DNA of 64,000 nt from Thermoanaerobaculia bacterium. GTDB lineage: Bacteria; Acidobacteriota; Thermoanaerobaculia; UBA5066. The translations under genes were made by a program, and so were the position numbers. The notes under the pieces are model-generated. The model did not search any database, was not told the origin of the DNA, and worked only from the letters and a program-made list of their open reading frames with translations. Position 1 is the stretch's first letter, and each line of letters starts with the position of its first letter. Below, in pieces: positions 1 through 8,580 of this stretch. The stretch is taken from positions 23,322 through 87,321 of the forward strand of contig JBBRRY010000012.1 of the NCBI GenBank assembly GCA_038245905.1, in the 5' to 3' direction.

Positions 1-2001
1 GACCTCGTCCTGGGCGATGGGCTTGCCGTCCTTCGCGTAGCCGATCACCTTCACGACATGCTTGCGCGGCAGCTCGCCGAGGTCGAGGTCCGCCGCGAAC
101 GGCGGCCGGCGCTTCGTCACGATCCGCGTGCTGTTCAGGTAGAACTCGGTGAAGGCGATGTCGTTCGACGAGGCGCGCGTTTCGAAGCGGATGAGGCCCG
201 TGGCAATCTCGCGCGCGAGGGGAATCAGCGAGAGAGAGCCCTTCGCGCCGCTATTCTCGACGAGCTCCGTGACGGCCTTCCGGGCCGCTTCGCGCGCTGT
301 TTTCTCCTCGGCGGAGATCGTGGCGTCCGGCACGTCGGGGACCCGGAGCTTTTCACTGATGAGGGCGGCGGCGTTGCGGTTCGCGTCGGACACCTTCACC
401 TTGAGGCGGTACTCCCCCGGGTAGAGGTCGCGCTCGACCGTTAGGGGGACGAACGGGCCGCTCACCGTACTGGCCGGAAAATCGAAACGGTAGCGGAAGT
501 TGTCGATCAGGCGGCCGTCGCGCACAACCTCTCCGACGACGTCCACGTCGAAGAACGTCTCCTCTCCAATCTGCTTTTTCGTCAGCGAGTCGCGCTCGAG
601 GAGTACGGCGAGCTCCATCCGCATCCGGCTCCCGATCGCCTCCGGAAAGCGAAACACGCGCTGGAGCGGCAGCGTCACGGCACCCGCCTGCATGTCCGTC
701 GTCATCTGGAGAATGCGGTCCGCGCCCTCCACGTCCGGTTTCGGGCCCTGGCGGAGGTCGTCGGCCATCTTCAGGGCGCCCGCCTGTCCGAACATGGCTG
801 CGGCGGCGCTCATCGCGGCCTGCACGTCCCGCGATTCCGTGCACCGCGTGAAGTCCACGCGGCGGGCGGCGCCGGCTCCGAGCGCGCCCGGCACTCCCCC
901 CGCGACGACCGCCTGGTACCCGTCGAGCGGCGTCCAGATCCTGAAGTCGCCCACTCCGAACGGCTGGTAAAAGAGAAGGACGACCTTCGAGAGGCGAAGC
1001 GATTCGAGCCTTTCGTAGTACCAGATCTGAATCGGCCAATAGACGTCCTGGCAGTCGATCTTGCGGATACCGTCCGGCGCGCCGTTCACGAGATAGATGC
1101 GGCCCTGGTCCGTGTTCGTGTTCCGGAAACGCTCCTTGGCCTGCTGGAGGCGCATTTCGTAGAGGTCCCGGAACGCGATACGCATGCCGTCCGGCGCGAG
1201 CGAGCGGCGTTTCCAGAAGTCGTCCAGGAAGTGCTCACGCTGGTAATCCTCGCCGAGCTTGAGCAGCGTGTCGCGTTCGACTTCCGTGATGATCGGTTCC
1301 ACGTCCGAGAGGAACTGCCGGTATTTCTCCGGCATCTCCGCCATGAGCTTCTTGCGCTCTTTCCCGGTGAGCGGCTTGTTCGAGACGAGGAGCGTCGGGG
1401 GTGCTTCCACCTTCGCCCCCGCCGGCGGAAGCACGTGCGTGACCGCAAGCGCGCCGCGCTCGGCCAGGCCGCCGTTGTTGTCACCCTGGCGGCGCGTGAC
1501 GTCCTTCACGGCCGAGACGACGAGAAGCGCGTCCGCGCAGGCGCCGGGCGCCGCCTCGACCGCCTGGAGCCCCCCTTTCGCCGCCGGCGCGAGGAGAACG
1601 CCTTCGCCCTCAAGTACCGTCCAGTAGCGGTAGGCGCCGGTCGGGGACTCCGGGTAGAACACGACGCGGGCATTCTTTCCGAGCGTCGGGTGCTCGAGAT
1701 ATGTCCAGATCTCGAGCGTCCGGAACGTGTCAGGGCAGCGCACCGTCACGCGGGCGTCCGGCGGGCCGGAGGCGATGAACACGGTCGACCGGTCGTCGTC
1801 CAGGCGGCCGAAAAGCCTGATCGCTTCCGGGCTTCGGGCTGTCTGCGGCGCGGGGGCCTGCGGATTCACGGCCACGAGCGGAGGCGCCGTGCGAGACACA
1901 GACGACGGGACGGGCGGGGGCGAGGCGGGAGGGTCGTCAGCCCCCAGACGGCCAGCGGCCAGGATGGCGACCACTCCCAGGAACGACCGGCCCGACCTCA
2001 T
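1..2001 (-). CDS. GWxTD-domain protein with tandem GWxTD-like modules and a C-terminal Ig-like region; partial, runs off the window
   Basis: Absent from the ORF track because there is no stop in the window. Manual translation of sampled segments gives GGAGG then ATG at 2001/2004, a signal peptide (MRSGRSFLGVVAILAAG), ERFRNTNTDQGRIYLVNGAPD...IQIWYY and an upstream degenerate copy DDRSTVFIASGPPD...LEIWTY. Confidence 0.8.
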   Translation of the reverse strand, partial: MRSGRSFLGVVAILAAGRLGADDPPASPPPVPSSVSRTAPPLVAVNPQAPAPQTARSPEAIRLFGRLDDDRSTVFIASGPPDARVTVRCPDTFRTLEIWTYLEHPTLGKNARVVFYPESPTGAYRYWTVLEGEGVLLAPAAKGGLQAVEAAPGACADALLVVSAVKDVTRRQGDNNGGLAERGALAVTHVLPPAGAKVEAPPTLLVSNKPLTGKERKKLMAEMPEKYRQFLSDVEPIITEVERDTLLKLGEDYQREHFLDDFWKRRSLAPDGMRIAFRDLYEMRLQQAKERFRNTNTDQGRIYLVNGAPDGIRKIDCQDVYWPIQIWYYERLESLRLSKVVLLFYQPFGVGDFRIWTPLDGYQAVVAGGVPGALGAGAARRVDFTRCTESRDVQAAMSAAAAMFGQAGALKMADDLRQGPKPDVEGADRILQMTTDMQAGAVTLPLQRVFRFPEAIGSRMRMELAVLLERDSLTKKQIGEETFFDVDVVGEVVRDGRLIDNFRYRFDFPASTVSGPFVPLTVERDLYPGEYRLKVKVSDANRNAAALISEKLRVPDVPDATISAEEKTAREAARKAVTELVENSGAKGSLSLIPLAREIATGLIRFETRASSNDIAFTEFYLNSTRIVTKRRPPFAADLDLGELPRKHVVKVIGYAKDGKPIAQDEV

Positions 2002-2167
2002 CATGACCTCCGGTGGAGCGCCGATTCTCCGTCGGCGAGCCTCTCCCGGGCAAACCCTCGCAAGACAGATTCCACGTCTCACCGTCCCTTATTACGTACG
2101 TTCTTGCAGGCTTTCGGTTTCCGGGCCTCTCCGAACCCTACAATTGCCTGTCCGGAGGTCCGATTTC

Positions 2168-3352
2168 TTGAACGCTGATGCCCGGGTCGTCTACGCCGAC
2201 CACCACGCCACGACGCCCCTCGTCCCCGAAGTATTCGAGGCGATGCGCCCGTGGCTGGAGGGCATTTCGGCGAACCCTTCGTCTACCCATGGACCCGGCC
2301 GGGCCGCGCGTGAAGCGGTCGAGACGGCCCGCGCCGAAGTCGCGGTGGCGCTGGGCGCGGAGCCTGCCGAGATCGTGTTCACCTCGGGCGGCACCGAGGC
2401 AGACAACCTCGCCGTGCGCGGGGGCGCCCGCGCGGCCCGCGAGGCCGATCCCACCCGCACTCGTGTTCTTTTCACGGCCGCCGAGCACGCGGCCGTCCGG
2501 GAAGCCGCGCTCTCGCTTCGCACGGACGGCTTCGAACCGGTGGAGCTTCCGGTGGACGCCCGCGGCGTGCCAACGGCAGCGGCTCTGACCGCGGTCGAAG
2601 GGCCGGACACCCCGCCCCCGGCGCTCGTGTCGGTCATCTTCGCGAACAACGAGACGGGTGCCATCTTCGACGCCCTCCCTGAGTTCGTGACGCGGGCCCG
2701 CGCTCGTGGAGCCGTCGTCCACACGGACGCCGTTCAGGCGGTCGGGAAGATCCCCGTGAACGCGCGGGCGCTCGGCGTGGACCTCCTCGCGCTCACCGGT
2801 CACAAGTTCGGCGGTCCGAAGGGTGCCGGCGCGCTCTTCGTCCGCAAGGGGGTCCGGCTTCATCCCCTCGCCGCCGGCGGCGGACAGGAGCGCGGCCGGC
2901 GCGGCGGCACCGAGAACGTCGCGGGGATCGTGGGCCTCGGCGCGGCGATCCGGCTCGCCGTGGGGCGACTCTCCTCCGAAGCGTCACGCCTCGCCGGCCT
3001 GCGCGACCGGCTCGAGGCCGGCCTTCTCGCCCGCGTGCCGGGCGCCCGGATACACGCTGCGAGCGGCTCCCGCCTCCCGACCGCCACGTCCGTGGTCTTT
3101 CCCGGCACGGAGGCCGAAACGCTCGTCGCGGCCCTCGATCTCGAGGGCATCGCGGTTTCGGCGGGCTCGGCCTGCCATGCCGGCACGACCTCTCCGAGCC
3201 GCGTCCTCCTCGCGCTCGGCCTCTCGCCCGCGGAAGCCCGGGCGACGCTTCGAATCTCGTTTGGGCGCGGCTCGAGCGAAGAGGACGTCGACCGGCTTCT
3301 CGAGGCGCTTCCGCGCGTCGTCGCGCGCGCCCGGGAAACCGTACGGGCTTGA
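2168..3352 (+). CDS. iscS: Cysteine desulfurase (IscS/NifS family)
   Basis: YADHHATTP, FTSGGTEADN, HTDAVQ, GHKFGGPKG (PLP Lys) and SAGSACHAG (catalytic Cys); TTG start with GGAGG upstream. Confidence 0.9.
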   Translation: MNADARVVYADHHATTPLVPEVFEAMRPWLEGISANPSSTHGPGRAAREAVETARAEVAVALGAEPAEIVFTSGGTEADNLAVRGGARAAREADPTRTRVLFTAAEHAAVREAALSLRTDGFEPVELPVDARGVPTAAALTAVEGPDTPPPALVSVIFANNETGAIFDALPEFVTRARARGAVVHTDAVQAVGKIPVNARALGVDLLALTGHKFGGPKGAGALFVRKGVRLHPLAAGGGQERGRRGGTENVAGIVGLGAAIRLAVGRLSSEASRLAGLRDRLEAGLLARVPGARIHAASGSRLPTATSVVFPGTEAETLVAALDLEGIAVSAGSACHAGTTSPSRVLLALGLSPAEARATLRISFGRGSSEEDVDRLLEALPRVVARARETVRA

Positions 3353-3413
3353 TCGGCGATGCGGGACACGCTCTAATGACGCCGACCGTTTTTTTGACCG
3401 GGAGTTTTTTCTT

Positions 3414-4136
3414 GTGATCATTCAGTGCATGTCGTGTCAGGCTCGCTACCACTACGACGAGTCGCGTTTCGGCGGCGCGTCCGTGAAGAAAATCAAGTGC
3501 ACGAAGTGCGCGACGGTCTTCGAGATCCGCAATCCGTCGGTGGCCCCCGCCCCCTCGGTTTCCACCGTGCGCTCCTCGGCCGGGCCGTCCCCGGACGAAT
3601 TTTCACTCGACGAAACGGCGCTCACCGAGGCCCGCAAGCGCAAGAACCCACCGGCCGGCGCTCCGGGATCGCCCGCGCGCGCGGCGGTGGCGGTGACGTC
3701 GCTCGCGCCCGACGGGACAGGGCCGATCGGGATGCCCGAAGTTGCCGGCACGACGGACAAGGTGCCGATCACGGGCGCCCTCAGAAATCCCGCGCGGCCG
3801 CTCCGGCTGCCGACCGACCAACGCCTGTCGCTCGCGTGCATCTCGGGTCCGGACTCGGGCCGGATCTTCGAGATCGACAAACCGCGGATCGTCATCGGGC
3901 GCGCGAACGCCGACATCGTCGTCGCGGACATCCAGTGCTCGCGCCAGCACGCGGCGATCGAGGTCATGGACGAGCACATCTTCGTCGCGGACCTGAACTC
4001 CACGAACGGCACTTACGTGAATGACCAGCGCGTGAATCGGGCCGAGCTCGACAACCGCACGGAATTCGAGATCGGTACGACGACGCTCATGCTCATCCGC
4101 AGCTACGCGCGCGAAGGCTCGTCGGGCAACGTTTAG
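3414..4136 (+). CDS. Zinc-ribbon (MJ0042-type) plus FHA domain protein
   Basis: N-terminal CMSC...CTKC; C-terminal FHA motifs IGR, SRQHA and DLNSTNGTYVN. Confidence 0.85.
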   Translation: MIIQCMSCQARYHYDESRFGGASVKKIKCTKCATVFEIRNPSVAPAPSVSTVRSSAGPSPDEFSLDETALTEARKRKNPPAGAPGSPARAAVAVTSLAPDGTGPIGMPEVAGTTDKVPITGALRNPARPLRLPTDQRLSLACISGPDSGRIFEIDKPRIVIGRANADIVVADIQCSRQHAAIEVMDEHIFVADLNSTNGTYVNDQRVNRAELDNRTEFEIGTTTLMLIRSYAREGSSGNV

Positions 4137-4199
4137 GGGAGAACCACCCTCGTTCTTCCACTCTTGCGCGTGGGCGCCGGAATATCAGATAATCGGACA

Positions 4200-4490
4200 A
4201 TGGGCGAGCCTGCACGAGTCGGAAAGCGCGGAACGATCGTGATCCCGGCGAAACTGCGCAAGCGCTTCCACATGGAAGAGGGTTCGCTCGTCCTTTTCGA
4301 CGAGGGGCGAGACGGCGTCGTGATCCGACCTGCCGAAGCGATCCCGGTCGAGATTTACACGAAGGAACGTAAGGCGGGGTTCCTTCTCGAGAATTCCGTT
4401 GGACCCGCCGACTACGCGCGTGCTCGCCGGGAAGTCCAAAAGATGGGTCTCGACCCGGACAAGATCCCTCACACGCCTCCGTCGTGTTGA
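4200..4490 (+). CDS. AbrB/MazE/SpoVT-family antitoxin (VapB-like)
   Basis: RVGKRGTIVIPAKLRKRFHMEEG swapped-hairpin signature; directly upstream of a PIN gene. Confidence 0.85.
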   Translation: MGEPARVGKRGTIVIPAKLRKRFHMEEGSLVLFDEGRDGVVIRPAEAIPVEIYTKERKAGFLLENSVGPADYARARREVQKMGLDPDKIPHTPPSC

Positions 4491-4493
4491 CGC

Positions 4494-4889
4494 GTGGATC
4501 GTCTTTTCCTCGACGCGAACGTGCTCTTCTCGGCGTCCTGGAAGGAGACCTCCGGGGTCGCTAAGCTCTGGAGGATCGAACACGCGACGCTCGTGACCTC
4601 GGCTTCTGCTTTTGCAGAAACCGTTCGCAACATCGAGGATGAAGGACACCGCGCCCGTCTGGACCGGCTCATGCGGCACGTCGCGGTTCTACCGGGCGAG
4701 CGACCCGGGCAGGCCCTGCCCGCCGGGCTTTCGATTCGAGCGAAGGACATCCCAATCCTCCTGGCCGCCATCGCCTCAGGGGCGACACACTTGATCACCG
4801 GCGATCTACGGGATTTCAAGCCACTCTTCGGAAGGAAAATCGGAGGAGTCCTCGTCCTTCGGCCCCGCGACTATCTCGAGCGCCGCTAG
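4494..4889 (+). CDS. PIN-domain toxin (VapC-like)
   Basis: LFLDANVLFS, KDIPILLAA and LITGDLRDF acidic PIN residues. Confidence 0.85.
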   Translation: MDRLFLDANVLFSASWKETSGVAKLWRIEHATLVTSASAFAETVRNIEDEGHRARLDRLMRHVAVLPGERPGQALPAGLSIRAKDIPILLAAIASGATHLITGDLRDFKPLFGRKIGGVLVLRPRDYLERR

Positions 4890-6187
4890 GACTCGCCGAG
4901 TGCCGCGAGGATCGCGTCGAGCGTCGCCGGCAGGAGACGCGGCGGATTCGCGAGGCGCCCGCCTCCGCGGTGGTACGCCGACATCGTTCCCGAGAATTTC
5001 AAAGCGTGCGCCGTCGCGACGACAACGACGAGGTCGTCCTTCGTGATCACGCCCGCCTGACGCAGCTTCGCGGCCCCCGCGAGTGCGACCGCCGAGTTCG
5101 GGCAGATCGCGAGGCCGTGGCGGTTCGCGAGCGCGAACGCGTCGAGGAGCTCGGGCTCCGTCACGCTTTCGACGACACCGTCGAAGAAACGGATCTCGCG
5201 CTCGGCCTTCGGATGCGAAACGGGCGCTCCGATGCGGATCGCCGAGGCCGCCGTGTCGCCCGCGACGCGGGTGACGCGTGAGACGAAGCCGTTCTTGTAC
5301 GACTGGTAGAAGGGATCCGCGGCGGACGCCTGGATGCCCGCGAGCCGCGGTTTCCTGCCGATCACGCCGAGGTCGAGCCACTCCCGGAGGCCCTTGCCGA
5401 TCGCCGACAGGTTGCCCGCATTTCCGACCGGAACGACGATCCAGTCGGGCACGCGCCAGCCGAGGTCCTGAACGGCCTCCCACCCGATCGTCTTCTGCCC
5501 CTCGATACGGACCGGGTTTTTCGAGTTCAGGAGGAAGACGGGTCGCGCGGCCACGAGCTCGGCGACGAGGCGCATACAGCCGTCGAAGTCCGTGTCGAGG
5601 CCCAGCGTCGTCGCCCCGTAGCCGAGCGCCTGGCTGAGCTGTTCGTCCGTGATCTTTCCCTGCGGCAGGAGGACGACGGCGCGCATGCCGGGCACGGCGG
5701 CGGCGTATGCGGCGAGCGCCGCCGACGTGTCGCCCGTCGAGGCGCAGGCGACCGTCTGGAATCCGCAGGCGCGCGCCCACGACACGCCGACCGTCATGCC
5801 GCGGTCCTTGAAGGAGAGGGTCGGGTTCTCGCCTTCGTGCTTGACGAAGAGCCGCGAGAGAGAGAGCTCTTCTCCGAGAGCGCCGCCTGCGTAGAGCCGG
5901 GTTCCGCCCTCGGGCTTGCTCACGATGCCGCTTTCGGGCAGGTCCGGGAGCACGTGCTCGCGGAAGCGCCAGACCCCGCTCGTCTCGAACGGCCGCGACG
6001 CCTCCGAATGCGGTGCCGCGCGCCGCCTGTCGAAGAGGTCCTGCCACGCGGCCCCCGTCCGGCCGAACGCGTGGAGATCTGAGACGACGTCGAGGAGCCC
6101 GCCGCAAAGGGGACAGGACGTACGCGCCTCGACGAGCGGAAAGGGTGCGGCGCAGTCGACGCACTTGAAAGACGACAAGCCTTTCAT
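4886..6187 (-). CDS. thrC: Threonine synthase
   Basis: KHEGENPTLSFKDRG, CASTGDTSAA, RIEGQKT and VPVGNAGN; N-terminal CVDC...CPLC. Confidence 0.92.
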   Translation of the reverse strand: MKGLSSFKCVDCAAPFPLVEARTSCPLCGGLLDVVSDLHAFGRTGAAWQDLFDRRRAAPHSEASRPFETSGVWRFREHVLPDLPESGIVSKPEGGTRLYAGGALGEELSLSRLFVKHEGENPTLSFKDRGMTVGVSWARACGFQTVACASTGDTSAALAAYAAAVPGMRAVVLLPQGKITDEQLSQALGYGATTLGLDTDFDGCMRLVAELVAARPVFLLNSKNPVRIEGQKTIGWEAVQDLGWRVPDWIVVPVGNAGNLSAIGKGLREWLDLGVIGRKPRLAGIQASAADPFYQSYKNGFVSRVTRVAGDTAASAIRIGAPVSHPKAEREIRFFDGVVESVTEPELLDAFALANRHGLAICPNSAVALAGAAKLRQAGVITKDDLVVVVATAHALKFSGTMSAYHRGGGRLANPPRLLPATLDAILAALGES

Positions 6188-7155
6188 GCGACCCTCCGGA
6201 CGCGCCTGGCGAGCCGCGCGCCGCGCCGGTCGAGCCGGTGGACGCGGGCGCGGGCCGCGACCCCGGACCGCTTCCATGCGTCCACGGCGGCGGCTCCCAT
6301 CCGCGCGGCATCGGCCGATTCCTCGGTCAGAGCGACGAGCGCGGGCCCGGCCCCGGCGAGACAGGCGCCGTACGCGCCCGCCCGGATGAGGGCGTCAAGG
6401 ACGGCTCGCCCACCCGGAACGAGCGGAAGACGGCTCGGATCGACGAGGCGGTCCGCGAGAAGGCACGCGCCCGCCGCCGCGAGATCGCCCGAGGAAAGCG
6501 CGACGACGAGACGCGCCAGCGCGCCGGCGTGAGCGGTGTGAGCGGACATCGAGATCGTCTTCGGCACGACGCCGCGCGCGCGACGCGTGAGCAGCTCGAG
6601 CGCCGGGTACACGAGGATCAGGCGAAGTCGCGGCGGGACACGAAGCAAGACGGGCCCGAGGGCCCCCTGGGGATCGGACGAAGGCACGAGGACCATCCCT
6701 CCGAGGAGCGACGCAAAGACATTGTCGCCATGCCACGAGCCGTCGGCCGCGTGCTCGCCCTTGAGCGCCGGAAGGAGCAGCCTCTGCCGGTCGGTCACGC
6801 CGAGGAGCAGTCCCGCGGCCAGGGCTCCGGCGGCGGCGGAAGCCGCGGAGGATCCGAGACCGCTCGAAAGCGGCAGCCCCTTTTCGAGGAAGAGCTCGAT
6901 CCCGCGCGCCCGCCCGCGCCCCTGCCCGCCGGATTCTGCGAGGACCTCCGCAGCGGCCACGGCGGCGGTGTTGCGCCCTGGATCAAGCGGCAACCGCCCT
7001 CCGTCGCCCGTGACAGCGAGGATGCGCACGCCGGGCACTTTCGAGAACCTTGCCGTTACGACGTCTCCCGGCCCGTCCAGCGCGGCGCCGAGGACGTCGA
7101 AGCCGACCCCGAAGTTCGCGACGCTGGCCGGGGCGAAGACGGTGACCGCGTTCAC
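6184..7155 (-). CDS. thrB: Homoserine kinase
   Basis: APASVANFGVGFDVLG, GHMP loop PLSSGLGSSAAS and HGDNV; GTGA overlap with the upstream gene. Confidence 0.92.
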   Translation of the reverse strand: MNAVTVFAPASVANFGVGFDVLGAALDGPGDVVTARFSKVPGVRILAVTGDGGRLPLDPGRNTAAVAAAEVLAESGGQGRGRARGIELFLEKGLPLSSGLGSSAASAAAGALAAGLLLGVTDRQRLLLPALKGEHAADGSWHGDNVFASLLGGMVLVPSSDPQGALGPVLLRVPPRLRLILVYPALELLTRRARGVVPKTISMSAHTAHAGALARLVVALSSGDLAAAGACLLADRLVDPSRLPLVPGGRAVLDALIRAGAYGACLAGAGPALVALTEESADAARMGAAAVDAWKRSGVAARARVHRLDRRGARLARRVRRVA

Positions 7156-8534
7156 CCCACCACCTTGTGGAGCGCCCGCACGGCCGCGACGCGGTCTTCT
7201 TCGGCGACGGCGAACGAGATGTTGCACTCGGACGAGCCCTGTGCGATCGACTCGACGTTCACGTTCGCGCGTGCAACGGCCGCAAAGACCTTTGCGGCGA
7301 TCCCGGGGGTGCCGCGCATGCCCTCCCCCACCGCCGCGACGACGGCGATCGGCGCGCGCGCGTTCACGGCGTCGATCGAGCCCGTCAGGCGCTCCCAGCG
7401 GAATTCCTGCTCGAGGGCCGCAACCGTGCGGGCGCGGTCGCCCTCCGGAATCACGAGCGCGATGTTCTGCTCCGAGGACGCCTGCGAGAACATGACCACC
7501 GAGACGCCGAGACGCGCCGTGGCCGCGAACACACGCGCCGCGATGCCCGGAATCCCCGTCATCCCCCGGCCGTCCAGGGAGAGAAGGCACATCCCCGGAA
7601 CCGCCGTGACGGCGCGGATGCCGGAAGCGCCGTCCCCCTTCGCCGCGATCGTCGTGCCGAGAATCTCCGGCCGGAAGGAGTTGCGGATGACGAGCGGGAT
7701 CTGCGCCGCGATCGCCGGAAGGACCGCCGGGAAATGCAGGACCTTCGCTCCGAAGTACGTCATCTCGGCGGCCTCGCGATACGAAAGACGCGAGAGGAGG
7801 CGGGCTCCCTTCACGAGGCGCGGATCCGCCGAGAGGACGCCGTCCACGTCCGTCCAGATCACGACTTCCCGGGCCAGGAGCGCGGCCCCGAGAAGCGCGG
7901 CGGTCGTGTCGGAACCGGAGCGGCCGAGAGTCGTCGTCTCACCCTTGAGGCTCCGGGCGATGAAGCCCGTCACCACGGGCAGGACGCCGGTCGAGAGGAG
8001 CGGGCGCAGGCGGCGCCTGATTCGCGGGTCGCTGCGCTTGCGATCGCAGGTGGCGGCCCCGTGGCGGTCGTCCGTGACGAGTAGGTCGCGGGCGTCGACG
8101 GCGCGCGCCGGAACGCCGGTCTTCACGAGCGCGGCCGCGAGGAGCGGCGCCGAAAGGCGTTCTCCGAACGAGGAGACGAGGTCGGTCACGCGGGCCGTCC
8201 GCTCGCGGAGGAGAGAGACGCCCTGGAGCGCGGCATCGAGCTCGCGGAGCGGCGCCTCGTCGAAGCGTACGCCGAGCTCCCGGGCGGCGGCGGCGTGTCG
8301 CGCTCTCAGCGATTCGACCGCCTTCCGGGCGAGGCCGAGCCGGCCCCTCTCGGCCTCGCGCGCGGCAGCGAGAAGGACGTCCGTCACGCCCCCCATGGCG
8401 GATGCGACGGCCACGACGGGCCGCCTCCTTCGGGCGGCGGCGAGGAGGCGGGCGGCATTCCGGATGCGCGAGGCGTCGCCGAGGGACGTCCCGCCGAACT
8501 TGTGAATGGCGATCGCGCGGGGGGTTCGAGACAT
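7152..8534 (-). CDS. lysC: Aspartate kinase with two ACT domains
   Basis: HKFGGTS, TTTLGRSGSD, WTDVDG and FGAKVLH; ACT repeats SQASSE and AQGSSE; no homoserine dehydrogenase domain. Confidence 0.9.
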   Translation of the reverse strand: MSRTPRAIAIHKFGGTSLGDASRIRNAARLLAAARRRRPVVAVASAMGGVTDVLLAAAREAERGRLGLARKAVESLRARHAAAARELGVRFDEAPLRELDAALQGVSLLRERTARVTDLVSSFGERLSAPLLAAALVKTGVPARAVDARDLLVTDDRHGAATCDRKRSDPRIRRRLRPLLSTGVLPVVTGFIARSLKGETTTLGRSGSDTTAALLGAALLAREVVIWTDVDGVLSADPRLVKGARLLSRLSYREAAEMTYFGAKVLHFPAVLPAIAAQIPLVIRNSFRPEILGTTIAAKGDGASGIRAVTAVPGMCLLSLDGRGMTGIPGIAARVFAATARLGVSVVMFSQASSEQNIALVIPEGDRARTVAALEQEFRWERLTGSIDAVNARAPIAVVAAVGEGMRGTPGIAAKVFAAVARANVNVESIAQGSSECNISFAVAEEDRVAAVRALHKVVG

Positions 8535-8580
8535 GCCTCTGGATGGTACAGCCGGGCGCCCTCGCGTTAGGATCGGGCGC

